In this document: positions 8,995-18,148 of the stretch, one piece after another
Position numbering within the stretch: the stretch's first letter is position 1
Layout of the letters: each line of letters starts with the position of its first letter
Assembly: GCA_019745275.1 (NCBI GenBank)
Contig: JAIETJ010000030.1
Coordinates: 992-64,991, forward strand
Length of the DNA stretch: 64,000 bases
From: Pseudomonadaceae bacterium
GTDB lineage: Bacteria; Pseudomonadota; Gammaproteobacteria; Pseudomonadales; Pseudomonadaceae
Direction of reading: 5' to 3'
Made by a program: the position numbers and the translations under genes
Notes under the pieces: generated by a model
What the model was told of the DNA's origin: nothing
The model's database searches: none
The model's input: only the letters and a program-made list of their open reading frames with translations

Positions 8995-10770
8995 TCAATC
9001 CAGCATTGAGATCGCGGTCGGTGCGTCGGCACCGGTCAGCGCTAGGTCTTCAAACTCGTTGACCGCGTTGATCTCGACACCCATGGAGATGTTGGTGACC
9101 CGCTCCAGGATGATTTCCACCACCACCGGCACGCGGAACTCCGCCATCAACGCCTTGGCTTTGAGCAGCGCGGGCTTGATTTCGCTCGGTTCGAACACCC
9201 GAATCGCCTTGCAACCCAAGCCTTCCACCACTGCAACGTGGTCGACGCCGTAGCCGTTCAACTCTGGCGCGTTGACGTTTTCAAAGCCCAACTGCACGCA
9301 GTAATCCATCTCGAAGCCGCGTTGCGATTGGCGAATCAAACCCAGGTAGGAGTTGTTCACCACCACATGGATGTACGGCAGGTTGAACTGCGCGCCCACC
9401 GCCAGTTCTTCGATCATGAACTGGAAGTCGTAGTCGCCGGACAGCGCCACCACTTCACGGGTTGGGTCGGCTTTAACCACGCCCAAGGCCGCTGGAATGG
9501 TCCAGCCCAATGGGCCGGCCTGACCACAGTTGATCCAGTGGCGCGGCTTGTAAACGTGCAAGAACTGCGCGCCGGCAATCTGCGACAAACCGATGGTGCT
9601 GACGTAGCAGGTGTCGCGGCCAAATACTTCGTTCATCTCTTGGTAAACGCGCTGCGGCTTGACTGGCACGTTGTCAAAATTGGTCTTGCGCTGCAGGCTG
9701 CTTTTGCGTTGCTGGCATTCATCCAACCAGGCGCTGCGGTTTTTCAACTTGCCAGCGGCGCTCCATTCGCGAGCGACGACGATGAACATGTCCAGCGCCG
9801 CAGCGGCATCGGAAACGATGCCTAAATCTGGGTTGAATACGCGGCCAATCTGGGTCGGTTCGATATCCACGTGGATGAACTTACGGCCCTCGGTGTACAC
9901 CTCAACCGAGCCGGTGTGGCGATTCGCCCAACGGTTGCCGATGCCCAGCACCAGGTCCGAGGCCAACAAGGTGGCGTTGCCGTAGCGGTGCGAGGTTTGC
10001 AAACCAACCATGCCGACCATCAATTCGTGGTCGTCAGCAATCGCGCCCCAGCCCATCAGAGTCGGTACTACCGGTACGCCAACCAGTTCGGCGAAGGTCA
10101 CTAACTGGGCGGCGGCGTCGGCATTCAGGATGCCGCCACCGGCCACCAGCAATGGGCGCTCAGCGGCATTCAGCAACTCGAGGGCTTTCTCGATCTGCAC
10201 GCGATTGGCAGCGGGCTTGGCCAGCGGCAGCGGCTGGTAGGCGTCGATATCGAATTCGATCTCGGCCATCTGCACGTCAAACGGCAGATCGATCAGCACT
10301 GGGCCGGGACGGCCGCTGCGCATTTCATAGAAGGCTTTCTGGAAGGCGCGCGGCACTTGGCCTGGCTCCATTACCGTAGTTGCCCACTTGGTCACCGGCT
10401 TAACGATGCTGGTGATGTCGACGGCTTGGAAGTCTTCTTTATGCATCCGTGCCCGTGGCGCCTGGCCGGTGATGCACAGAATCGGGATGGAGTCGGCGCT
10501 GGCCGAATACAGCCCGGTGACCATGTCGGTGCCGGCCGGGCCGGAGGTGCCGATGCACACGCCGATGTTGCCAGCGTTGGTGCGGGTGTAACCCTCAGCC
10601 ATGTGCGAGGCGCCCTCGACGTGGCGGGCTAAAACGTGGTCGATACCGCCGATTTTACGCAGTGCAGCGTATAGCGGGTTGATCGCCGCGCCCGGAATAC
10701 CAAATGCGGTGTCAACGCCTTCGCGGCGCATTACGAGGACGGCCGCCTCAATTGCTCTCATTCTGGCCAT
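8995..10770 (-). CDS. gcl: Glyoxylate carboligase
   Basis: [28 protein letters not shown]-binding GDYDFQF...NNSYLG; 591 aa. Confidence 0.97.
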   Translation of the reverse strand: MARMRAIEAAVLVMRREGVDTAFGIPGAAINPLYAALRKIGGIDHVLARHVEGASHMAEGYTRTNAGNIGVCIGTSGPAGTDMVTGLYSASADSIPILCITGQAPRARMHKEDFQAVDITSIVKPVTKWATTVMEPGQVPRAFQKAFYEMRSGRPGPVLIDLPFDVQMAEIEFDIDAYQPLPLAKPAANRVQIEKALELLNAAERPLLVAGGGILNADAAAQLVTFAELVGVPVVPTLMGWGAIADDHELMVGMVGLQTSHRYGNATLLASDLVLGIGNRWANRHTGSVEVYTEGRKFIHVDIEPTQIGRVFNPDLGIVSDAAAALDMFIVVAREWSAAGKLKNRSAWLDECQQRKSSLQRKTNFDNVPVKPQRVYQEMNEVFGRDTCYVSTIGLSQIAGAQFLHVYKPRHWINCGQAGPLGWTIPAALGVVKADPTREVVALSGDYDFQFMIEELAVGAQFNLPYIHVVVNNSYLGLIRQSQRGFEMDYCVQLGFENVNAPELNGYGVDHVAVVEGLGCKAIRVFEPSEIKPALLKAKALMAEFRVPVVVEIILERVTNISMGVEINAVNEFEDLALTGADAPTAISMLD

Positions 10771-10796
10771 GCTGTTGTGCCTCTTTTGTTCTTGGA

Positions 10797-10806
10797 TTGT
10801 ATACAG
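10797..10806. promoter_or_regulatory. GntR (GclR-type) operator
   Basis: TTGTATACAG upstream of gcl; second copy CTGTATACAA at 10944-10953. Confidence 0.7.
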
Positions 10807-10833
10807 TTCGTTTGGCTGGATTCTATTCCTGTG

Positions 10834-10849
10834 CTGACTTTTAGGTCAA
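10834..10849. promoter_or_regulatory. RutR-type TetR operator
   Basis: CTGACTTTTAGGTCAA, matches the 16-bp TTGAC-N6-GTCAA palindrome. Confidence 0.6.
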
Positions 10850-11105
10850 TAAAATTCATCAAGGTTGTCCGTTTAGCGAGGAATTGTTTTCAAACGCGCG
10901 TTTTAGCCCTGAATGAGCGGGTTGGCTGGGTCTGAATGAAAAACTGTATACAAAGAAAAATACTATTGTCTATTTGTATTGTATTTTTCCTGTTTGCTGG
11001 GATATTGGCAGCATCTGCTTGCCCTCACGCGATGCTGGCGCCGTCCCGTATCGCCGTCCGCAGGGTTAAAGCCGCCAATTTCTCACTCGCATAAGAAGGT
11101 CTCCC

Positions 11106-11537
11106 ATGACAGCTTTAACCCTGCAAACCGCTACCACCATTAGCCAGCAAGCCTTGGCCGCTGGCCGGGCGATTACCTGCGCGCCGCTAACCATTGCCGT
11201 GCTGGATGCCGGCGGGCACTTAATTACCCTGCTGCGCGAAGATGGCGCGAGCATGCTGCGCCCGCAAATTGCCATCGGCAAAGCCTGGGGCGCGGTGGCG
11301 CTGGGCAAGGCCTCGCGCTTAATCAGTGAGGATGCTCAGGCGCGGCCGAGCTTTATTTCGGCGGTAAATACCTTGGCTCACGGCAATCTGATTCCGGCGC
11401 CGGGCGGGGTGTTGATTCGTGATGAGCAAAACACCGTCATCGGCGCGATCGGCATCAGTGGCGATACCTCAGACATCGACGAACAATGCGCCATCCGGGG
11501 AATTTTGGCCGTAGGGCTGCAGGCAGATGCGGGTTAA
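11106..11537 (+). CDS. GlcG/HbpS family heme-binding protein
   Basis: IAVLDAGGHL..REDGAS, IAIGKAW, PGGVLI, GAIGISG..SDIDE. Confidence 0.9.
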   Translation: MTALTLQTATTISQQALAAGRAITCAPLTIAVLDAGGHLITLLREDGASMLRPQIAIGKAWGAVALGKASRLISEDAQARPSFISAVNTLAHGNLIPAPGGVLIRDEQNTVIGAIGISGDTSDIDEQCAIRGILAVGLQADAG

Positions 11538-11539
11538 AG

Positions 11540-11699
11540 CGTAGGGTGGGGCGCGTGGTGCCCGATCTGCGGCTGCCACCGGGGTATGACGCGCCGTAAC
11601 CCACCATGGCGTAATCCCGGATGGCCGGTGGGTTACGCGGCGCTCCGAGTGCGCGCGCGGTTGCGGGTAAACTGGCCCGCGCCGCTAAACCACCCTACG
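11540..11699. repeat. Composite GTAG-family REPIN
   Basis: cgtagggtgg...cgtaacccacc...ggtgggttacg...ccaccctacg between convergent genes. Confidence 0.75.
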
Positions 11700-11722
11700 T
11701 TGGGCAGCGGACTAGCGCGGTG

Positions 11723-12331
11723 TTACTCGGCGACTTCGCAGCCTTTGAGCACCATGCGAATGATGGTGTCGGCGGCGGCTTGGTAGTCGCTGTCATCCAG
11801 CTTGGCTTTGCCGGTCACGCTGGAGATTTGCCAGTCGAAGTCGGCATAGGTTTGCGTGGCGGCCCAGATGCTAAATAGCAAATGGGTAGGGTCGACTTTG
11901 GCCATCAGGCCTTGGTCGATCCAGCCTTGGATGCAGGCAATATTGTGTTGAGCTTGCTGGTTGAGCTGCGCGCTTTGCTGGGCGGTGAGGTGCGGTGCGC
12001 CGTGCATGATCTCGCTGGCAAAGACTTTCGAGGCGCAGGCCAGTTCGCGGGAGATGCGAATTTTGGCGTGAATATAATCGCGCAGGATTTGCCCCGGTTG
12101 GCCGTCTTGATTAAAGGGCGCTGAGGCCTGCATCAATGGCTCAATAAAGCTTTCCAGAACCTCGCAATAGAGGTTGTCTTTGCTCTTGAAGTAGTAATAC
12201 ACATTGGGCTTGGGTACCCCGGCCTTAGCCGCAATATCGCTGGTCTTGGCGGCAGCAAAGCCCTTGTCGGCGAACTCTTCGCTGGCGGCGCTAAGGATCA
12301 ATCGTTTGTTGCGCTGGCGAATACTGCTCAT
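11723..12331 (-). CDS. TetR family regulator, RutR-like
   Basis: HTH IAAKAGVPKPNVYYYFKSK; FASEIMHGAP and WAATQTYADF typical of the RutR family. Confidence 0.9.
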   Translation of the reverse strand: MSSIRQRNKRLILSAASEEFADKGFAAAKTSDIAAKAGVPKPNVYYYFKSKDNLYCEVLESFIEPLMQASAPFNQDGQPGQILRDYIHAKIRISRELACASKVFASEIMHGAPHLTAQQSAQLNQQAQHNIACIQGWIDQGLMAKVDPTHLLFSIWAATQTYADFDWQISSVTGKAKLDDSDYQAAADTIIRMVLKGCEVAE

Positions 12332-12459
12332 AAGTCCCCGGGCCTTGTGCCGTGGGCTGCAAAAGGCGCCGCACCGGCGCGGGCATGCTAGCACTGGCCT
12401 AGCGCCGCCTCAAGCTGGCGCCTGCGGAGAGTAATCTGGATATTAAGTTGTCTAATGTT

Positions 12460-12469
12460 GTGTATACAA
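12460..12469. promoter_or_regulatory. GntR (GclR-type) operator
   Basis: GTGTATACAA upstream of moaA. Confidence 0.6.
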
Positions 12470-12549
12470 AATTCTTTTTTTCTGTTTTATTGATCCCCCG
12501 TCCATGTCTCCGGCGTCCTTAACCGGTGTGTGCTGCGGCAGGCTACAAC

Positions 12550-13545
12550 ATGCACGATAATTTTTTGCTCGACCCTTTTGGGCGGCGTATCAGCTACCTG
12601 CGTTTGTCGGTCACCGACCGCTGCGATTTTCGCTGCACCTATTGCATGAGCGAGGACATGGTCTTCGCCCCGCGTGCGCAGATCCTCAGTCTTGAAGAGC
12701 TCTATACCGTTGCCGATGCCTTTATCGGCCTTGGGGTTAAGCGTATTCGCATCACTGGCGGTGAGCCGCTGGTGCGCAAAAATCTGCTCGGCCTGCTGGG
12801 CCGTCTCGGTGCGCGTAGCGAACTGGAAGACTTGGCCATCACCACCAACGGCTCGCAACTGGCCAGCATGGCCAGCGGCCTGCGCGCCGCCGGGGTTAGC
12901 CGCCTGAACATCAGCCTCGACTCCCTGCAGCACGAACGTTTTGCCGCCTTCACTCGCCGTGATCAACTCGAGCAAGTGTTGGCCGGTATTCAAGCGGCGC
13001 GTGCGGCGGGTTTTCAGCGAATCAAGCTCAATAGCGTGGTGCAAAAAGGCCGTAACGATGACGAGGTTTCGGCGCTGGTGGCTTTCGCCGTCGCGCAGGG
13101 CCTAGACATCAGTTTTATCGAAGAAATGCCGCTCGGCACTATCTCCAGCCATGCCCGTGAACACACCCTGTGCAGCAGTGACGAGGTGCGCGCACGCATC
13201 GAAGCAGACTTTCAATTGCTGCCCAGCAGCCACCGCACCGGCGGCCCCTCACGTTATTGGCAGGTGCTTGGCAGCGATACTCGCGTCGGCTTTATCTCGC
13301 CGCATAGCCGTAATTTTTGTGGCGACTGCAACCGCGTACGGGTTACCGCCGAGGGCCAGTTGGTGCTGTGTCTGGGGCATGACGGCGCGCTGGATTTAAA
13401 GGCCATATTGCGCCGCCATCCCGGCGACAGTGCGCGCCTGCGTGGGGCACTTATCGAGGCGCTACGGCTAAAACCTGAGCGGCATTACTTCGATGCCCGC
13501 GAGCAGGTCCAAGTAGTCCGCTTTATGAGCATGACCGGCGGCTAG
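12550..13545 (+). CDS. moaA: GTP 3',8-cyclase (Moco biosynthesis)
   Basis: CDFRCTYC radical-SAM motif, RITGGEPL, FCGDCNRVR, C-terminal MSMTGG. Confidence 0.95.
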   Translation: MHDNFLLDPFGRRISYLRLSVTDRCDFRCTYCMSEDMVFAPRAQILSLEELYTVADAFIGLGVKRIRITGGEPLVRKNLLGLLGRLGARSELEDLAITTNGSQLASMASGLRAAGVSRLNISLDSLQHERFAAFTRRDQLEQVLAGIQAARAAGFQRIKLNSVVQKGRNDDEVSALVAFAVAQGLDISFIEEMPLGTISSHAREHTLCSSDEVRARIEADFQLLPSSHRTGGPSRYWQVLGSDTRVGFISPHSRNFCGDCNRVRVTAEGQLVLCLGHDGALDLKAILRRHPGDSARLRGALIEALRLKPERHYFDAREQVQVVRFMSMTGG

Positions 13546-13648
13546 CTGACGTCCGTGAGATCGCTCTGGCGGCGTTGCTTCATCTCGCCGTACAAAATCG
13601 TACAGGCTTCGATAAAGCGCCTTGCCAGAACGACCTCACGAACGCCAG
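13546..13648. repeat. Palindromic intergenic repeat (copy 2)
   Basis: ctgacgtccgtgagatcgctctggc...gccagaacgacctcacgaacgccag arms; core gcgttg..gtac-N-gtac..cgccttg. Confidence 0.6.
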
Positions 13649-13705
13649 CGCAACTAAATACGTCGAACAACAAAAACGCCCGGCTCCGGGCCGCAGGAGA
13701 AAACG

Positions 13706-15064
13706 ATGGCTAAGACATTATTGGTAAAAAACGCTGAACTGTTAGTGACCATGGACGGCCAGCGCCGCGAGATTAAGCAGGGTGGTTTGTACATAGTCGG
13801 CAATCAAATTGTCCAGGTCGGCCCTAGCAGTGAACTGCCGGACAGCGCCGATGAAGTGCTCGACCTCAAGGGCCATATCGTCATCCCAGGCCTAGTCAAC
13901 ACCCATCACCATATGTACCAGAGCCTGACCCGGGTGGTGCCGTCGGCCCAAGACGGCGAACTGTTTAACTGGCTGAATAATCTTTATCCAATTTGGGCGC
14001 GACTGACTCCAGAGATGATTCAGGTCTCGACCCAGACGGCGATGGCTGAACTGATTTTGTCCGGTTGCACCACTTCCAGCGATCACCTGTATATCTATCC
14101 TAACGGCTGCAAGCTGGATGACAGCATTCACGCCGCTGCCGAGATTGGTATGCGCTTTCACGCGGCGCGCGGCAGCATGAGCGTCGGTCGCAGTCAGGGC
14201 GGTTTACCGCCGGACAGCGTGGTGGAGAAAGAAGCCGATATTCTCAAAGAATCTCAACGACTGATCGAGGATTACCACGACGCCTCGCACAGTTCGATGC
14301 TCCGCGTGGTGGTGGCACCGTGTTCGCCGTTCTCGGTGAGCCGCGACTTGATGCGCGAAGCCGCGGTGCTGGCGCGTCAGTATGGGGTGTCGCTGCACAC
14401 GCACTTGGCCGAGAACCAGAACGACGTCAGCTACAGTCGCGAGAAGTTCGGCATGACGCCGGCCGAGTACGCCGAAGACCTCGGTTGGGTCGGCCCGGAT
14501 GTGTGGCACGCCCACTGCGTGCAACTGGATCAACATGGCATCGACTTGTTTGCGCGCACCGGTACGGGCGTTGCCCATTGTCCGTGCTCGAACATGCGCT
14601 TGGCTTCGGGCATCGCACCGATCCGCAAAATGCGTGATGCCGGTGTGCCGGTCGGCCTCGGGGTGGACGGTTCGGCCTCCAACGATGGAGCGACCATGAT
14701 CGGTGAGGTACGCCAAGCCTTGCTGCTGCAACGGGTCGGTTTTGGCCCAGACGCCATGACCGCCCGCGAAGCGCTGGAGATTGCGACTCTCGGTGGGGCA
14801 AAAGTACTCAACCGTAACGATATTGGTGCATTGGCGGTGGGCATGTCAGCGGACTTTGTCGCCTTCGACTTGCGCCAAATTGCCTTCGCCGGCGCCTTGC
14901 ATGACCCGTTGGCGGCGTTGGTCTTTTGCGCCCCAAGCCAAGTCGCGCACAGCGTGATCAACGGTAAACAAGTGGTCAAGGACGGGCATTTGCTCAGTAT
15001 TGACTTGCCCTTGGTGATCGAGCGACACAACCAGTTGGCGCACCAGTTGGTGAGTGGTGACTGA
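13706..15064 (+). CDS. 8-oxoguanine deaminase (amidohydrolase, PA0142-like)
   Basis: PGLVNTHHHMYQ, SDHLY, PCSPFS, HTHLAE, GVDGSASND. Confidence 0.85.
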   Translation: MAKTLLVKNAELLVTMDGQRREIKQGGLYIVGNQIVQVGPSSELPDSADEVLDLKGHIVIPGLVNTHHHMYQSLTRVVPSAQDGELFNWLNNLYPIWARLTPEMIQVSTQTAMAELILSGCTTSSDHLYIYPNGCKLDDSIHAAAEIGMRFHAARGSMSVGRSQGGLPPDSVVEKEADILKESQRLIEDYHDASHSSMLRVVVAPCSPFSVSRDLMREAAVLARQYGVSLHTHLAENQNDVSYSREKFGMTPAEYAEDLGWVGPDVWHAHCVQLDQHGIDLFARTGTGVAHCPCSNMRLASGIAPIRKMRDAGVPVGLGVDGSASNDGATMIGEVRQALLLQRVGFGPDAMTAREALEIATLGGAKVLNRNDIGALAVGMSADFVAFDLRQIAFAGALHDPLAALVFCAPSQVAHSVINGKQVVKDGHLLSIDLPLVIERHNQLAHQLVSGD

Positions 15065-15098
15065 GTCGCGAGCTTGGCAGTCAGTGAATGCAATTTAA

Positions 15099-15156
15099 TT
15101 GACTGATAGGTCAGTATGTTGGCGCGATTATTGATTGTAGTTGACCTATTGGTTAG
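15099..15156. promoter_or_regulatory. Two RutR-type operators
   Basis: TTGACTGATAGGTCAG (15099-15114) and TTGACCTATTGGTTAG (15141-15156). Confidence 0.55.
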
Positions 15157-15212
15157 CTGATTTTATCGACTAATCCGCTGCATTTAGCTGTTTACCCACT
15201 CAGGAGCATCCC

Positions 15213-16037
15213 GTGAAACTTTTTCTCCGCTGTTGCTTGCTTGCCAGTTGCTTACCCTTAGCTGCCCACGCCGAAAACTACGTGGTGGGAGTGGAGGACG
15301 CCGAATTTATGCCGTATTCGCGCGTCGACGGCCAAGGTCGCTACAGCGGCTATGCCCATGAGTTGCTTGAGCAGTTTGCCGCCAGTGCCGGCATCACCTT
15401 GGAGTACCGTCCGGTTGCTCCTAGCCATTTATTGGATGCTCTTTTGCGCGGCGAGGTCGATTTTAAATACCCCGATAACGCGGTGTGGGGCGCCACTGCC
15501 AAAGCCAATAAAAACCTCAGTTACAGCGCCAGTACCGCCGATTATATCGATGGTGTTTTGGTCTTGCCGCTGCAGCACGGCAAAGGCATCGGCCAGCTCA
15601 AACGGCTGGCCGTGGTTCAAGGCTGGACACCACAGCAATACCGAGAACCGATCAGTGCCGGACAGCTTGCTCAAGTAGACAGTGCTGACCTTACCTCGAT
15701 GATCCGCAACACAATCAAAAAGCAAGCCGATGGCGCCTATTACAACGTCGAAGTGGCGCTCTACGCCCTCAACAACAGCAACAAACTGACTAATGCCCTG
15801 CAGTTTGATGCCAACTTGCCTTACAGCCGCGGCACCTTTCATCTGTCCACATTGCGCCATGGCGCGGTGCTGAAACGCTTCGACCAATTTCTTCAGGCGC
15901 ACCCTGCTGAGGTCGCGGCGTTAAAAGCCAAGTATCGGGTCGAAGAAAACATCAACTCGGAATTTTTAGGCCTAGAGCAGTGGAAGATCGACTTCATCAA
16001 ACGGCAGCGCGCCAAGGAGGCGCAGCCTAAGGCTTAA
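15213..16037 (+). CDS. Orphan periplasmic substrate-binding protein (family 3-like)
   Basis: Signal peptide (AAHA), FMPYS..G.YSGYAHELL pattern, RBS AGGAG, GTG start; no permease adjacent. Confidence 0.75.
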   Translation: MKLFLRCCLLASCLPLAAHAENYVVGVEDAEFMPYSRVDGQGRYSGYAHELLEQFAASAGITLEYRPVAPSHLLDALLRGEVDFKYPDNAVWGATAKANKNLSYSASTADYIDGVLVLPLQHGKGIGQLKRLAVVQGWTPQQYREPISAGQLAQVDSADLTSMIRNTIKKQADGAYYNVEVALYALNNSNKLTNALQFDANLPYSRGTFHLSTLRHGAVLKRFDQFLQAHPAEVAALKAKYRVEENINSEFLGLEQWKIDFIKRQRAKEAQPKA

Positions 16038-16355
16038 GCCAAACACAGGCTTTCACCTTGCATCGATTGAGCATAGCTCTGGTGCAAGAGCCCGAGTGCA
16101 ACAGGAGTGCATCGCGGCGCGGCTAGGCAGTTGACGGACAGTTTATGAGGCGAATCGTCGCTTGCCTTGCCGCTTCGCTGCTCGGGGCGTTGTTGCGTTT
16201 TCAGTGGTGATCTTTTGGTGGCCGCGAGACTGCGCGACGGTGAATTGCACGCCGGTTTGGTGGGATCTTGCCGGGTGTTATTGCGTATACAAAATTCTGT
16301 AAATGTGTCTACTAAAATGTCTGCATTATTCCTACAACAATCAGAGACTTTTGCC

Positions 16356-17891
16356 ATGACAACGTCCGCTACTCCCGCCACAGCTACGCCGCGTCCCGAA
16401 GACGAAAATCTAGGTCTGTTCGCCAACCTGGCTTACGGCCTGCAACACGTATTGACCATGTATGGCGGCATCGTTGCCGTCCCCCTGATCATCGGTCAGG
16501 CCGTGGGTCTGGCGCCCAGCGATATTGGTCTACTGATTGCCGCCTCGTTATTCGTCGGCGGTTTAGCAACCTTGCTGCAAACCTTGGGGATGCCGTTTTT
16601 TGGCTGCCAGTTGCCATTGGTGCAGGGCGTTTCTTTTGCCGGTGTGGCCACCATGATTGCCATCGGAACCAGTAGTGCCGGCGGTGGACTGCCAGCGATT
16701 TTTGGTGCGGTGATAGTCGCGGCGTTGATCGGGTTGCTAATCACACCGATCTTTTCCAAGGTGATTAAGTACTTTCCGCCGTTGGTTTCCGGCATCGTCA
16801 TTACCACCATTGGTTTGACCCTGATGCCGGTGGCTGCCCGCTGGGCGATGGGTGGCAATAGCCACGCCGCTGACTTTGGCAGCATGGCCAATATTGGTTT
16901 AGCGGCGACTACGCTGGCCATCGTGCTGCTACTGAGTAAGCTGGGTAATGCGGCGATTTCGCGCTTGTCGATTTTGCTGTCGATGGTCATTGGTACCCTG
17001 ATTGCCGTCGCTCTGGGGATGGCCGATTTTTCCAGCGTTAGTGCCGGCCCGCTGGTGGCGATGCCGGCACCGTTTCACTTTGGTTTTCCGACCTTTCAAG
17101 TGGCGGCGATCATCTCGATGCTAGTGGTGATTTTGGTCACCATGGTCGAGACCTCGGCGGACATCCTCGCGGTTGGCGACATTATTGACACCAAGGTCGA
17201 TGCCCGGCGCCTCGGTAATGGTCTACGCGCTGATATGGTTTCCAGCATGTTGGCGCCGTTGTTTGGCTCCTTTACCCAAAGCGCCTTCGCCCAAAACGTT
17301 GGCTTGGTGGCGGTCACCGGGGTCAAGAGCCGCTTTGTGGTGGCCAGCGCTGGCCTGATTCTGGTCACCCTAGGTTTGCTGCCGGTGATGGGCCGGGTGA
17401 TTGCCGCAGTACCGACCGCGGTGCTGGGTGGAGCGGGCTTGATTTTGTTTGGTACGGTGGCCGCGAGTGGTATCCGCACCCTGTCCAAGGTCGATTATCG
17501 CAACAACATGAATCTGATCATTGTGGCTACCTCCATTGGCTTTGGCATGATCCCAATTGCCGCACCGACCTTTTACGAGCACTTCCCTAGCTGGTTTGCG
17601 ACCATTTTTCATTCCGGGATTAGTTCGGCGGCGATCATGGCGATCTTGCTCAACCTGCTGTTTAACCACATCACCTCAGGCAACTCGGATCAGCAGTCAG
17701 TGTTCGTGGCCGGTACCGAGCGCAGCTTGCGTTATCAGGATATTGCCGCCCTCAATGAGGGTGACCACTTCGTTGGCGGCAAACTGTACGACGCTGCCGG
17801 TCAAGAAGTCCGGCTGTTGGCAGAGGATGAACACGGCTGTCCAGCGAGTAAAACTGTGACGCCCGCACGGCAAACGGCCGATACCGTGTAG
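16356..17891 (+). CDS. NCS2 (NAT) xanthine/uric acid permease
   Basis: GLQHVLTMY, FAQNVGLVAVTGVKSR NAT signature; GCGTATACAA box at 16283-16292. Confidence 0.92.
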   Translation: MTTSATPATATPRPEDENLGLFANLAYGLQHVLTMYGGIVAVPLIIGQAVGLAPSDIGLLIAASLFVGGLATLLQTLGMPFFGCQLPLVQGVSFAGVATMIAIGTSSAGGGLPAIFGAVIVAALIGLLITPIFSKVIKYFPPLVSGIVITTIGLTLMPVAARWAMGGNSHAADFGSMANIGLAATTLAIVLLLSKLGNAAISRLSILLSMVIGTLIAVALGMADFSSVSAGPLVAMPAPFHFGFPTFQVAAIISMLVVILVTMVETSADILAVGDIIDTKVDARRLGNGLRADMVSSMLAPLFGSFTQSAFAQNVGLVAVTGVKSRFVVASAGLILVTLGLLPVMGRVIAAVPTAVLGGAGLILFGTVAASGIRTLSKVDYRNNMNLIIVATSIGFGMIPIAAPTFYEHFPSWFATIFHSGISSAAIMAILLNLLFNHITSGNSDQQSVFVAGTERSLRYQDIAALNEGDHFVGGKLYDAAGQEVRLLAEDEHGCPASKTVTPARQTADTV

Positions 17892-17918
17892 CGCCGAGGG
17901 TTGTTGAAATACCTAAAT

Positions 17919-17945
17919 AGGCCAACCGCGAGGTTGGCCTTTTTT
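17919..17945 (+). terminator. Intrinsic terminator of the NCS2 gene
   Basis: aggccaacc-gcga-ggttggcct followed by a T run. Confidence 0.85.
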
Positions 17946-17977
17946 ATACTGCCGAAGGTCTTCTTGTGCCCCGGGTC

Positions 17978-18148
17978 TTACTCTTGCGGCTGCCTTGAAC
18001 CCGGGCCCTCGACGAAGTAGTTGATTTTGTTCCAGTCGGCATCGCTGATGACCTAGCCGCCAGCGACGCGGACCTTAACGTCTTGCTCCGCATTCTGGCC
18101 GGTAAAGGGCTTGGGCTGCTCGCTTACATCTCGCCGTCAAGTTTGCTG
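17978..18148 (-). pseudogene. Decayed 3' fragment of the BMP ABC binding-protein gene (paralogous to 29155-29326)
   Basis: Translates to KPFTGQNAEQDVKVRVAGG*VISDADWNKINYFVEGPGSRQPQE*, versus intact NPFTGPIIDQDGKSHAAAGQVISDADLNKMNYFVEGVASKLPQK*; ~78% nt identity by hand, one frameshift, internal stops. Confidence 0.88.

Noticed and set aside
11540-11699. Repeated palindromes as a possible CRISPR array
   Set aside because: Inverted REP architecture; no regularly spaced direct repeats and no cas genes
16056-16185. Hairpins upstream of the NAT permease as a possible purine riboswitch
   Set aside because: They lie upstream of the operator box at 16283, so probably outside the leader, and match no aptamer consensus I recognise
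16167-16355. N-terminal extensions in the ORF track (NCS2, ABC ATPase, GntR, guaD, xdhA, plsB, DinB, rlmA, TetR)
   Set aside because: They run through operators, repeats or neighbouring genes; downstream starts fit the family N-termini better and most have an RBS
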